From Sedimentisphaerales bacterium (GTDB taxonomy: Bacteria; Planctomycetota; Phycisphaerae; Sedimentisphaerales; SM23-30): DNA of 64,000 nt. The position numbers and the translations under genes are program-made. The notes below the pieces were generated by a model. The model had not been told where the DNA came from. It did no database searches and worked only from the letters and a program-made list of their open reading frames with translations. The stretch spans positions 128,001-192,000 of the forward strand of contig CAXXFK010000042.1 in assembly GCA_963663965.2 (NCBI GenBank). The letters run 5' to 3'. Every line of letters begins with the position of its first letter. The first letter of the stretch is position 1. Shown one piece after another: positions 29,614-39,053 of the stretch.

Positions 29614-30342
29614 TTAGTCGTTATCTTGCTTGTCTTTTTTCTTGTTTTTGTCGGATTGTTTGACTTTGGTTGTTTTACGGTCTTTGTCTTTGGTTCTGTT
29701 ATCACCAGTTTTGCCGTTATCATCGTCGTCATCATCATCGTCGCCGACCTTGCCGTTATCATCGTCGTCATCATCGTCATCGCCGACCTTGCCGTTATCA
29801 TCATCCTCATCTTTGCCCTTTCCGACGTTGGCCGCTTTTTTCTCCGGTTCTTCCGCCGGCAACACTTTGCCATTAGCGGTTACGGCAACTTCGTATTCTT
29901 TGCCATCAATCACGTATTTGGCGGCATAAACGGTTTTGGGTTTCGCCAGTTTCACCGCTCTCATTTCTGCGTGAATGGTTTCTTTTTCCACCTCGACAAT
30001 TTTGGCATTTTTGAGTTTTGTCTTCAGTGCTTTTTGCACCGCTTCAGGTAGATCTTTGGCATCCATTTCAATTTCCACCGACAACACGGTACCATCCGTC
30101 GCTATCGAAACCGTCTGCTCTTCATCGTCGTTGGTCATTTCAACTTCATAGACTTTGTAAGACTCCATTTCCTCAACAATTTTTTCGATGTCGGCATCAG
30201 GAAACAGTTTGGCGATGACGGCTTTGATCTTTCCGGGCAGTTCGATCTTTCCGGGATTCAGGGTTTTGGCCGGCGCCACGTTGCCCAGGAACATGACAAC
30301 AGCCACAATAAGTACAATTCGGGTCCAATTTTTAGTTTTCAT
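29614..30342 (-). CDS. Secreted PepSY-like domain protein with Asp-rich tail
   Basis: Signal peptide; two PepSY/BLIP-like units (LP..V..A.....F/L....I.....E....YEV.....G.V); acidic repeats. Confidence 0.75.
   Translation of the reverse strand: MKTKNWTRIVLIVAVVMFLGNVAPAKTLNPGKIELPGKIKAVIAKLFPDADIEKIVEEMESYKVYEVEMTNDDEEQTVSIATDGTVLSVEIEMDAKDLPEAVQKALKTKLKNAKIVEVEKETIHAEMRAVKLAKPKTVYAAKYVIDGKEYEVAVTANGKVLPAEEPEKKAANVGKGKDEDDDNGKVGDDDDDDDDNGKVGDDDDDDDDNGKTGDNRTKDKDRKTTKVKQSDKNKKKDKQDND
29711..29803. repeat. 39-bp tandem repeat (about 2.4 copies) encoding GKVGDDDDDDDDN
   Basis: Unit ttgccgttatcatcgtcgtcatcatc...cgccgacc starts at 29711, 29750 and 29789. Confidence 0.85.
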
Positions 30343-30412
30343 GTCGATACTCCTTGAATGAAGGTTAACAGTATACCGGCACATACCGGCATAGAGTCAT
30401 TAATGTTGGCAA

Positions 30413-31402
30413 TTACTGCCGTTTGACAATCAGGGTGCAGGCCAGAACCGGGGATCCCCGCCGGCTGAAAGCCGTTCCTTTGACTTCCCGCAAGTCGAAA
30501 GTGACCGTATAGGAACCTGGTAAATCCGGGCAGGTTAAGTTGTGATTCAAACTGATGGTTTTCCCCGGGGGCAATGGGTACGCGGGCAATCGGGTAAAGG
30601 TTTTGAGGGGGTCCGCCGGCCCGTTAATTAAACTGTAAAGCTCGATCGGATGATCGGGATTGTCAACCGGGATCGTCAGGCTGGATGCGTTTTTAACTTG
30701 CAGGTCGATAGTGAGCATTTCACCGGTCCGGCCGGTCATCTGCGGTGGTCCGTCAATAAGAACATGGTAATAACCGGGATGATATATGGTATGAGCCCAG
30801 GTTTTAAATCGTTGGGTATTATCGGGAGATTCCTGGTGTTCGGCACACCAGTTTCGATAATCCTCAAACAGACGGCTGATATGATCGCCTCCTTTGCGGG
30901 TCTTCCAGGGGCCGGGAATCACATACGCATTCCGGCAGGCGGCATCCAATGTGATAGTGCCGGAAAGCCAGGCCGCCAAAGCGCCAATGGTCCGGCTGCG
31001 ATCAATACCATCCCGGCAATGGATCAGGATCGGGCGCGGCGCCGTTTCCAGTATATCCAGAATACGAATCAGACGCTGAGGCGCGATGGCGCGGTAAGCG
31101 CTAAGAGAGACATCTTCCAGTTGAATGGCATGGTTACTGGCCAGGTTCTCTTCCATGGCATGATCCGGCGAGTCGATACCCCGCAAATTCAGAATCGTTC
31201 GGATGCTCTTCTGAGTAATCCAGTTTTCCAGTTGAGCAGCAGATGGCTGACCAGATCGGTATATTTCACCTGGAACAACGGTATGCAATGAATGTGTCCA
31301 GAAATAATAACCGCAATAGATAAAGCTCAATGCCAATAAGCCGAGAAGAAGGCGCTTAATGAATTTACGGCCTGATTTTTTACTTTTAAAAGGTGATGTC
31401 AT
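30413..31402 (-). CDS. Membrane-anchored tyrosine/dual-specificity phosphatase family protein with C-terminal Ig-like domain
   Basis: IYRSGQP, ILNLRG and catalytic HCRDGIDR (CX5R); N-terminal TM segment. Confidence 0.85.
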   Translation of the reverse strand: MTSPFKSKKSGRKFIKRLLLGLLALSFIYCGYYFWTHSLHTVVPGEIYRSGQPSAAQLENWITQKSIRTILNLRGIDSPDHAMEENLASNHAIQLEDVSLSAYRAIAPQRLIRILDILETAPRPILIHCRDGIDRSRTIGALAAWLSGTITLDAACRNAYVIPGPWKTRKGGDHISRLFEDYRNWCAEHQESPDNTQRFKTWAHTIYHPGYYHVLIDGPPQMTGRTGEMLTIDLQVKNASSLTIPVDNPDHPIELYSLINGPADPLKTFTRLPAYPLPPGKTISLNHNLTCPDLPGSYTVTFDLREVKGTAFSRRGSPVLACTLIVKRQ

Positions 31403-31574
31403 GATGGATAGTTGATCAGATTTCAAGATTTATGCTGTTATCGATGCCCGCAAGTTTATCGAAAGATAAATGAGAATATGGTGAGAATAGATAAATTTAC
31501 AAAAAAAACATAATCCGAACCCCGATCAAGTTATTTAGGCGTAACCTATTGATAAATAATTAGTTGTGTCGATA

Positions 31575-31603
31575 TTGACTAAAGGCATTCCTTTTGCTAC
31601 AAT
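31575..31603 (+). promoter_or_regulatory. Sigma70-like promoter of pheT
   Basis: TTGACT, 17-nt spacer, TACAAT with an extended -10 TG. Confidence 0.65.
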
Positions 31604-31660
31604 CACTATTTTATAATTTTACTTTGGCAGCAAAAAAACCGTTAGAAAGTTTGATCGAAT

Positions 31661-33685
31661 ATGAAAATATCGCTGGATTGGCTCAAAGACTATGTGGATT
31701 ACACTGGCACCGTTGCGGAACTGGTTGAACTGTTGACCCATGTGGGTTTTCCGGTGGAAGAAACCCATCAGGTTGGTGATGACTGGATGCTGGATGTGGA
31801 AGTCACCAGCAACCGTCCCGATTGCCTGGGCCATATCGGTATTGCCCGCGAAGTGGCGGCGGCGGCCGGTCTCTCCTGGCGGTTACCCGAGGTGAATCTG
31901 GTCGAAGACGATCCAAAAGATGTCAGCGAATATGCCGTGGTTAAAGATGAGGCGCTGGACCTGTGCAGTCGATATACAGCCCGGGTGGTAACGGGGGTCA
32001 AGGTCGGTCCCAGTCCGGACTGGATGGTGCGACGACTCGAAACAATTGGGTTACGCAGTATTAACAATGTCGTCGATATCACCAATTATATCCTGATGGA
32101 AATCGGTCAGCCCATCCATTCATTCGATTATAACCGGCTTGAAAATGGGATGATCATTGTTCGGCGTGCCGATGAGGAAGAAGTGATCGAAACGATCGAT
32201 CATACCCAACATAAGCTTAATGCCGATATGCTGGTGATTGCCGACGCCAGCCGGCCGGTCGCGGTGGCCGGAGTGATGGGAGGGGTAGACAGTGAAGTTT
32301 CGGAGGAAACATCCATCATCCTGATGGAAAGCGCCCATTTCAATCCTTTGAGTGTGCGCAAAACATCGCGCGCGCTGGCGTTAAGCAGTGACAGTTCCTT
32401 TCGATTCGAACGCAACGTCGATTGGGAGATGGCTGAATGGGCCTCTCAACGTTCCTGCGCTTTGTTACGTGAACTGGCCGGCGGCAAAATCGCCCGCGGC
32501 GTGATTGATTTACAGGATTCACCGCCTCCGGCCAGAACGGTTGCTCTGCGCATGGAGCGGCTCAAACTTTATACCGGAATTGATTTTAAGCCTGATTATG
32601 TGACGGCTATCCTGGGACGGTTGGGATTTGAGCCGAACTATAATAATGGACTGATTACCTGCCAGGTGCCGAGTTGGCGCTATAATGATGTCAGCCAGGA
32701 AGTCGATCTGATCGAAGAGGTCATCCGCATTCATGGTTTCGAACCGATTGCCACCGAAAATTCCATCCATATCCGGCTGACCACTCCGGACAAATTCCAG
32801 AAAACCCGTGAATCGGTGGTTTCAGTATTGCATGGTTGCGGTTATTTCGAGACCATCAGTGTCGCCTTTATCGAAGATGTTTATCATCGACCTTTTACCC
32901 CTGATAATTTCCAGCCGGTACGGGTCAGTGAATATATCCGGAAAGAAAATAACGCCCTGCGATCCAGCCTGCTGCCATCGCTGATGGTCTGTCGCAGGCG
33001 AAACCAGGATTCCGGCAATGAAGCCTGTTATCTCTATGAACTGGCGGCCACTCATGTCCCGGTTACCGGGGGTGGAGTCCCGCGCGAAAATGTGTATTTA
33101 AGTCTGTTGGGTGATGGCGATTTGCGCTCCATGCGTGGGGTACTGGAAACACTGGTTTTGCAGTTGGATCGCGCTTCCCGACTGACGTGTCGGCCGGCCC
33201 CGATTTTCTGGGCGCGGCCTGAAGGCGGGGCGGAACTGGTCGTCAATGACAAGGTGATTGGCGTTATCGGGGTACCTGCTGAACCAGTCATGAAAGCGTA
33301 TGATCTGGAAAAACCGCTTTGTCTGGCTGAAATCGATTTTTCTGCCCTGATCGAATTACAGGGCGCCATTCCACAGTTAAAACCTTTGATTCGTTTTCCC
33401 GCGATCATCCGTGATTTGTCCCTGGTGCTGGATGAGCCGATTCGCTGGATCGATCTGGAACAAGCCATTCGCCTGGCCGGGCAGTGTGCCGGCGATAACC
33501 TGCGGGATGTCCGTTTTATCGGGATCTATCGCGGCAAGGGTATCGAAAAGGGTAAAAAGAGTCTAACGCTTTCAATGGAATTCCGGCGGGCCGAAGGAAC
33601 CCTGACCCATGAAGAAGTGGATGGCTGGCAGCAGACGATCCTGACCGCGCTCAAAGGGCAGTTAGCCGCAGATTTACGGGTTTGA
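31661..33685 (+). CDS. pheT: Phenylalanine--tRNA ligase beta subunit (short form lacking the B2 OB domain)
   Basis: MKISLDWL, VTSNRPDCLGHIGIARE, NNVVDITNY, SSFRFER, DLIEEVIRIHG, and the FDX-ACB domain RFPAIIRDLS. Confidence 0.96.
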   Translation: MKISLDWLKDYVDYTGTVAELVELLTHVGFPVEETHQVGDDWMLDVEVTSNRPDCLGHIGIAREVAAAAGLSWRLPEVNLVEDDPKDVSEYAVVKDEALDLCSRYTARVVTGVKVGPSPDWMVRRLETIGLRSINNVVDITNYILMEIGQPIHSFDYNRLENGMIIVRRADEEEVIETIDHTQHKLNADMLVIADASRPVAVAGVMGGVDSEVSEETSIILMESAHFNPLSVRKTSRALALSSDSSFRFERNVDWEMAEWASQRSCALLRELAGGKIARGVIDLQDSPPPARTVALRMERLKLYTGIDFKPDYVTAILGRLGFEPNYNNGLITCQVPSWRYNDVSQEVDLIEEVIRIHGFEPIATENSIHIRLTTPDKFQKTRESVVSVLHGCGYFETISVAFIEDVYHRPFTPDNFQPVRVSEYIRKENNALRSSLLPSLMVCRRRNQDSGNEACYLYELAATHVPVTGGGVPRENVYLSLLGDGDLRSMRGVLETLVLQLDRASRLTCRPAPIFWARPEGGAELVVNDKVIGVIGVPAEPVMKAYDLEKPLCLAEIDFSALIELQGAIPQLKPLIRFPAIIRDLSLVLDEPIRWIDLEQAIRLAGQCAGDNLRDVRFIGIYRGKGIEKGKKSLTLSMEFRRAEGTLTHEEVDGWQQTILTALKGQLAADLRV

Positions 33686-33790
33686 CCATGATATCAAGCC
33701 CGATCCGTTTGCCCGGACTATAATATTACATTGATAATATGGAATATTGGGCGCTCAGGGCCCCGTTAACCTTGCATATAGAGAGAGTCT

Positions 33791-34705
33791 ATGTCTACGC
33801 AACCATCATCCACATTTAAAATCTGGATTCAGGCGTTTCGCCCGTTTTCTTATACGGCATCCATCATTCCCGCCATGCTCGGCGCCGGATTAGCCATCTA
33901 TCGGGATGCACCGGCTCAATGGTGGCTTTTGCCCCTGATCGTTTTTGCGTCGATGCTGATCCAGGCCGGTACCAATCTGGTCAGTGAATATTTCGATTAC
34001 AAAAAAGGGGTGGATCGGCCGGAGACTTACGGTTCCAGCCGGGTTTTGGTGGAGCAACTGCTCCGGCCGCATCAGATCCTGATTGCCGGATTAATTTGTT
34101 TTGCCCTGACGATTGGTTTGGGACTCTATTTCATTGCATTACGCGGCTGGATTATATTTATCATTGGCTTTGTCGGCGTTCTGGGCGGACTGTTTTATAC
34201 CGCCGATCCCTTTGGTTATAAATATCTGGGGGTGGGCGACCTGTTTGTGTTTCTACTGATGGGACCATTGATGGTGATTGGCAGTTATTTTGTCCTTACC
34301 GGCGCCTATGACCGTTCGATACTGCTTATTTCCATACCAGTGGGATTTCTGGTCGCCGCTATACTATCCGGTAATAACCTCCGTGATATCCAGTTCGATC
34401 TCCAGGCCCACATCCATACGACTGCATCGGTGCTGGGGCATCGAATTGCCCGTTGGGAATATTCCCTGCTGGTTGCCGGGGCTTATATTGCCACGATTAT
34501 AATGATTGTTTTGAAGATTCTGCCGCTCTGGTCGTTGTTGACCCTGTTGACTATTCCACCGGCCGTTAAAGTGATTCGTGCGGCATTGCAAAGCCGACCG
34601 GACCACCCGGAAACTATTGCCACCCTCGATGTGCAGACCGCCCAGTTGCATATGCCGTTTGGTTTACTGCTGATCGTTTCGGTGATTCTTGGGGGATTAT
34701 TGTGA
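33791..34705 (+). CDS. menA: 1,4-dihydroxy-2-naphthoate polyprenyltransferase (UbiA family)
   Basis: RP.SY.AS, NLVSEYFDYKKGVD and NNLRDI..D; multiple TM segments; upstream of ubiE/menG. Confidence 0.85.
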   Translation: MSTQPSSTFKIWIQAFRPFSYTASIIPAMLGAGLAIYRDAPAQWWLLPLIVFASMLIQAGTNLVSEYFDYKKGVDRPETYGSSRVLVEQLLRPHQILIAGLICFALTIGLGLYFIALRGWIIFIIGFVGVLGGLFYTADPFGYKYLGVGDLFVFLLMGPLMVIGSYFVLTGAYDRSILLISIPVGFLVAAILSGNNLRDIQFDLQAHIHTTASVLGHRIARWEYSLLVAGAYIATIIMIVLKILPLWSLLTLLTIPPAVKVIRAALQSRPDHPETIATLDVQTAQLHMPFGLLLIVSVILGGLL

Positions 34706-35318
34706 CCGTGGTGGTCGCTCCCATCCTGCTGGCGGCGATTGCCTTCTTTGGACTGTTCAGTCCCTGGACCCAAGCGATCGTTCCCTTCTGGCCGGTCATG
34801 GCCGTAACCACTGCCGCGCTGGCCGCCTTCTCGCTGATTATCGATTATCGCCGCTCAACCTGGATATACGCTTTTCGCAAATCATGGCTGATCTGGGGAT
34901 TATTCGCGGCTGTGGTACTGTATCTGATCTTCTGGCTGGGCCGCCATGTTTCGGTTGGATCCTGCCTTTTGCCGCCGATCAGGTCGATGCCATCTACCAG
35001 ATCAAATCTGGTTTACATCCTTTTATCATCGGTTCCTTGCTGGTGTTGATTATAGGCCCGGCCGAAGAAATTTTCTGGCGCGGCTTTGTCCAGCGCCGCC
35101 TGACCCGGCGTTATGGCTGGGTGGCCGGTTTACTGGCCGGGATCGCTGTCTATACCCTGGTGCATATCTGGTCGTTTAATCTGATGCTCATTGGCGCCGC
35201 GGCCATTTGTGGTACGTTCTGGGGTTTGCTTTTTATGATTACCGGTAATCTCTGGCCTTGTATTATTTCACACGCACTTTGGGATGTTGTTATCTTTTTA
35301 CTCTTTCCAGTCACATGA
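34702..35318 (+). CDS. CPBP (Abi/CAAX) intramembrane metalloprotease, frameshift near 34950
   Basis: ORF 34702-35049 (TM N-terminus) joins the frame of 34689-35318 at a T run; motifs AEEIFWRG, H and SHALWD. Confidence 0.75.
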
Positions 35319-36019
35319 CCGACACTAAAACACTTTATGATTTCGATGATATTTCCGAAGGATACGATCGATGCAATCGACTCTTCAGCCTGGGTATTGA
35401 TCAGCGCTGGCGACGTCGCACCGTGAGGTTGCTTCAACCCCAGGCCGATCATACCGTACTCGACCTTTGCTGTGGCACCGGCGATCTGGCATTTGCGTTT
35501 TTGAAATACAGTCCGGTGCGATCAGTGGTCGGCCTGGACCTGAGTGGGGCCATGGTCGAGCAGGCCCGTGTCCGTTATGAAAAACAGTTTCATTCTCCCG
35601 GCCGTTCGGTCGAATGGCTGGTGGGCGATGCGATCACCACCGGTTTGCCCGATCGGTCATTTGATTTCATTACCTGCGCGTTCGGTCTGCGCAATATTCC
35701 GGACCGACCGGCGGCTCTGGCAGAAATGCACCGCTTGTTAAAACCCGGCGGACAGGCGGCTATTCTGGAATTTTCGCTTCCCACCCAGCCGCTGATCAGA
35801 GCGCTCTATCGTCTTTACCTGGGCCGGATCATGCCGGTTCTGGGAGGGATGGTGCTGGGTAGCTCTCATCCACTTTATTATCTGGCCCGTTCCATTGAAC
35901 GATGGGATGCACAAGTCGATCTGGCGGAAGAGTTTCGTCAGGCACGCCTTACCTTTAATGGCCGCCATCGTTTTACGGCCGGTATTACCACTTTATGGCT
36001 GGCAAGAAAGGAGTTCTAA
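35315..36019 (+). CDS. ubiE: Demethylmenaquinone methyltransferase UbiE/MenG
   Basis: FDDI...YD..N..FSLG.DQRWRR, VLDLCCGTGD, AFGLRN and RLLKPGG..ILEFS. Confidence 0.9.
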   Translation: MTDTKTLYDFDDISEGYDRCNRLFSLGIDQRWRRRTVRLLQPQADHTVLDLCCGTGDLAFAFLKYSPVRSVVGLDLSGAMVEQARVRYEKQFHSPGRSVEWLVGDAITTGLPDRSFDFITCAFGLRNIPDRPAALAEMHRLLKPGGQAAILEFSLPTQPLIRALYRLYLGRIMPVLGGMVLGSSHPLYYLARSIERWDAQVDLAEEFRQARLTFNGRHRFTAGITTLWLARKEF

Positions 36020-36021
36020 TA

Positions 36022-36564
36022 ATGCCGATAACATTCTTAACTGAGCCGGTGTTCGCCTGGCCGGAAGTCGTTGCGTTTGAGACCGAATGGGGCTATGCCG
36101 GTTTCGCCTGTCAGGATAACGTGGTGGTATCATTTCGATTTGGTTATCCCAAAAAAGACGCCGTTTTACAGGCTTTGCTTACCGATTATGGTCGAGCCGC
36201 CATTAATCCCCAATTGATGCCGCCATTGCAATCCGCCCTGCAAAACTATTTTTCCGGGAATACGGAGGTCGATTTCAATTGCTTAGTCGATATCTCCTGG
36301 GCCACGCCAACCGGCCGGGACATCCTCAAAGCTTGTGCCACGATCCCCTACGGTCAGACCCTTTCGTATGGTGAACTCGCTGACAAAGCCGGCCACCCCA
36401 ATGCTGCCCGCGCTGTTGGTCAGGTCATGGCCGCCAATTGCCTTCCTATCCTTATCCCTTGTCACCGCGTCATTCGTTCGGATAATACTCTGGGAGGGTA
36501 TTCTGCCCCGGGAGGCGTAGATATTAAACGGCGTTTGCTCCAACTGGAAACCAAGCAATCCTAA
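36022..36564 (+). CDS. ogt: Methylated-DNA--protein-cysteine methyltransferase
   Basis: IPYGQTLSYGELA, AARAVG and active site IPCHRV. Confidence 0.93.
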   Translation: MPITFLTEPVFAWPEVVAFETEWGYAGFACQDNVVVSFRFGYPKKDAVLQALLTDYGRAAINPQLMPPLQSALQNYFSGNTEVDFNCLVDISWATPTGRDILKACATIPYGQTLSYGELADKAGHPNAARAVGQVMAANCLPILIPCHRVIRSDNTLGGYSAPGGVDIKRRLLQLETKQS

Positions 36565-36784
36565 TAATACAAAAATATTGTCATCATTGGCCCGCGTTTC
36601 CGTCATTAAGAACCATTAGCCCATCGAGAACAAGTAATTCATACAAGGAGAATATCTGCCTCAAAAAATGGTCAAGTTGGTTTTGTGGCGATGTCGGTTT
36701 TTTTGTTCATCAGCTGGAAAAAACAGGCTAAGACAAAGAAAACCGCTCAGGATAATGGGGGGCTGACTTAAAAACATAATCCGC

Positions 36785-36813
36785 TTGACGTTATAGGGAA
36801 AATTGTATAAGAT
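36785..36813 (+). promoter_or_regulatory. Sigma70-like promoter upstream of the DoxX fusion gene
   Basis: TTGACG, 17-nt spacer, TAAGAT. Confidence 0.5.
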
Positions 36814-36969
36814 TACCTGTATCAAGCAGTTAGTTCACGTTATATTTGGCTGAAAGTTTTTGGCGTCATGTGTTTTTTGATTCATCATCATAATCCAGAG
36901 GGATAATGATCGATGAAACCAACGTCAGTGAATGTCTTTTTAACCTAATATCCTGTTTGGGAATGAATT

Positions 36970-38526
36970 ATGCGTACAAACCAATTCGGTAAATTTCAGG
37001 TTTTTATTCTTGTCCTTTTACGCATGGCCATTGGCTGGCATTTTCTATATGAGGGTATCGCCAAAATTATGACCCCCAACTGGAGTTGTGCCGGCTATTT
37101 GAAAAGTGCCAGTTGGTGGCTCTCGGACTTTTTTCACTGGATCGTTGCCAATCCCCAGGCGCTTCCGATAGTCAACTGGCTTAATGTTTGGGGGCTCACC
37201 CTGATTGGCCTGGGCCTGATTGTGGGTTGTTTCACCCGCCTGGCCGCTTTCTTTGGCATTCTTTTACTGGCGATGTACTATATTGCCAATCCACCCTTTC
37301 TTGCCTCCGGCATGTCGATTTCAGCTGAGGGGCATTATCTGATCATTGATAAAAATCTGATCGAGATCATTGCCCTGGTTGCGATTATTTTCTTTTCGGC
37401 CGGGCGTTACTGGTCGGTGGACAAGGCGATATTGGCCTGGTTCCGCTATAAAACAACCCAACCTGATCCGACGAAAGAATCCGTCCCGGGTGAAGAGCAG
37501 TCAGCCAGCTCAGCCAGACTCAATCGCCGCGATATCCTGGAAGCCCTGGCCTCTATTCCTGTCCTGGGCGCTTTTGTATTTGCCTTAATCAAACAGCGTC
37601 CCTGGGAACAGGTCGAGTCAGTATCGGGCGCGACGATTCAACTGACCAAACTGGATATCACCGACCTCAAGGGTGAACTGCCCACCGGCCAGGTCGGGCC
37701 GCATAAGGTCAGCCGTCTGATCATCGGCGGCAATCTGATTGGTGGCTGGGCACACTCTCGCGACCTGATCTATGTGCCTTCGCTTTTCAAAGCCTATAAT
37801 GACCAGCAAAAAATCTACGAGACTCTCATGCTGGCGGAAAAAGCCGGCGTTAATACCATTAACATTTCCGATTCTCAATTACCCCTGATCAATCAATATA
37901 AGAAGGATGTCGGCAGTAAGCTGCAAACCGTCTGTCAGGTTCATCCTACCGTGGATAATGTCTTTGGCGCGGCTGATAAAGTGATGGAACTGGGCGGGAC
38001 TATGGTCCAGATTCAGGGCAACTGCTGTGACTGGCGTGTCCGTGAAGGCCGGATCGATGTCCTGCAAAAATGCATCGATCATGTCCGTTCCCAGGGCTTT
38101 ACCGCCGGTCTGGGCGCCCACTCTATCCAGGCTTTGATGGAATGTGACAAAGCCGGGCTCGAACCTGACTTTTACATGAAAACCATCCATCATGATCACT
38201 ACTGGTCCGCTCATCCGCGCGAAAACCGCATCCCTTATTCCGTAGACGGCAATCGCTCCAATGATCACAACCAGTTTCATGACAATATTTTCTGCCTGTT
38301 CCCCGAAGAGACCATCGAGTTTATGAAAACCAAAAAGATTCCGTGGATGGGTTTCAAAGTACTCGCCGCCGGGGCGATCAATCCTCATGATGGTTTTAAA
38401 TTCGCCTTCCAAAACGGCGCCGATTATCTCTGTGTGGGGATGTTCGATTTCCAGATCGTTGAAGATGTCAATATCGCTATCGATTCATTCAATCAGGCCC
38501 AGTCCAGACCGCGCACCTGGTGCTGA
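36970..38526 (+). CDS. DoxX-family membrane domain fused to an aldo/keto-reductase-like domain
   Basis: LRMAIGWHFLYEG..K, GLIVGCFTRLA and IDKNLIE (DoxX/DoxD-like); then VSRLIIGGN, KIPWMGFKVLAAG and GADYLCVGMFD (AKR-like barrel). Confidence 0.75.
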   Translation: MRTNQFGKFQVFILVLLRMAIGWHFLYEGIAKIMTPNWSCAGYLKSASWWLSDFFHWIVANPQALPIVNWLNVWGLTLIGLGLIVGCFTRLAAFFGILLLAMYYIANPPFLASGMSISAEGHYLIIDKNLIEIIALVAIIFFSAGRYWSVDKAILAWFRYKTTQPDPTKESVPGEEQSASSARLNRRDILEALASIPVLGAFVFALIKQRPWEQVESVSGATIQLTKLDITDLKGELPTGQVGPHKVSRLIIGGNLIGGWAHSRDLIYVPSLFKAYNDQQKIYETLMLAEKAGVNTINISDSQLPLINQYKKDVGSKLQTVCQVHPTVDNVFGAADKVMELGGTMVQIQGNCCDWRVREGRIDVLQKCIDHVRSQGFTAGLGAHSIQALMECDKAGLEPDFYMKTIHHDHYWSAHPRENRIPYSVDGNRSNDHNQFHDNIFCLFPEETIEFMKTKKIPWMGFKVLAAGAINPHDGFKFAFQNGADYLCVGMFDFQIVEDVNIAIDSFNQAQSRPRTWC

Positions 38527-38592
38527 TTTCATTCTGAATCCCAATTTATTGTTCTGATCATATAATCCCTGTTTCAGCCAAGAGAATACGTC

Positions 38593-39033
38593 ATGCCATC
38601 CATACCAGCCGATACCTCCCATGTCAAATATGTCGTCGCGCTCCAATGTCACATCGTTAAAGAGCGATGTAGCGGTTTCTTATGCGAAAACGCATTTTAT
38701 AATCGCACTGGCGGCTTTACCCTTTACCCTCAGGATCAAGCCATCCGCTATCTTAATCTTACCTGCGGCGGCTGTTGCGGCCGGGCCACTTTGCGTAAAC
38801 TCAGTAACCTGACCAAATTGCTCAAGAAAAACAGCGATATAACTCCGGATCAGATCTGTGTCCATTTCTCCAGTTGCATCTGTAAGGAAAATTTCCACGG
38901 TCCGATTTGTCCACATTACGACTATATCAAAGAACTGGTCGAGCGCAAAGGGCTTCAGTGGGTTGAGGGCACTCAGATCGATCCCAAGAGTGTCAGCCGC
39001 CGCGATGAAGACGGCCACTGGCATTCGGATTGA
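38593..39033 (+). CDS. CGGC-domain protein
   Basis: QC....RCSG..C, TCGGCCG, HFSSC and CPH. Confidence 0.85.
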   Translation: MPSIPADTSHVKYVVALQCHIVKERCSGFLCENAFYNRTGGFTLYPQDQAIRYLNLTCGGCCGRATLRKLSNLTKLLKKNSDITPDQICVHFSSCICKENFHGPICPHYDYIKELVERKGLQWVEGTQIDPKSVSRRDEDGHWHSD

Positions 39034-39053
39034 TCATGTCTTCTTCGGGCCGC

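Noticed and set aside
29584..30051. Hydrophobic 155-aa ORF with VIIVV repeats
   Set aside because: Antisense reading of the Asp-rich repeat in the PepSY gene.
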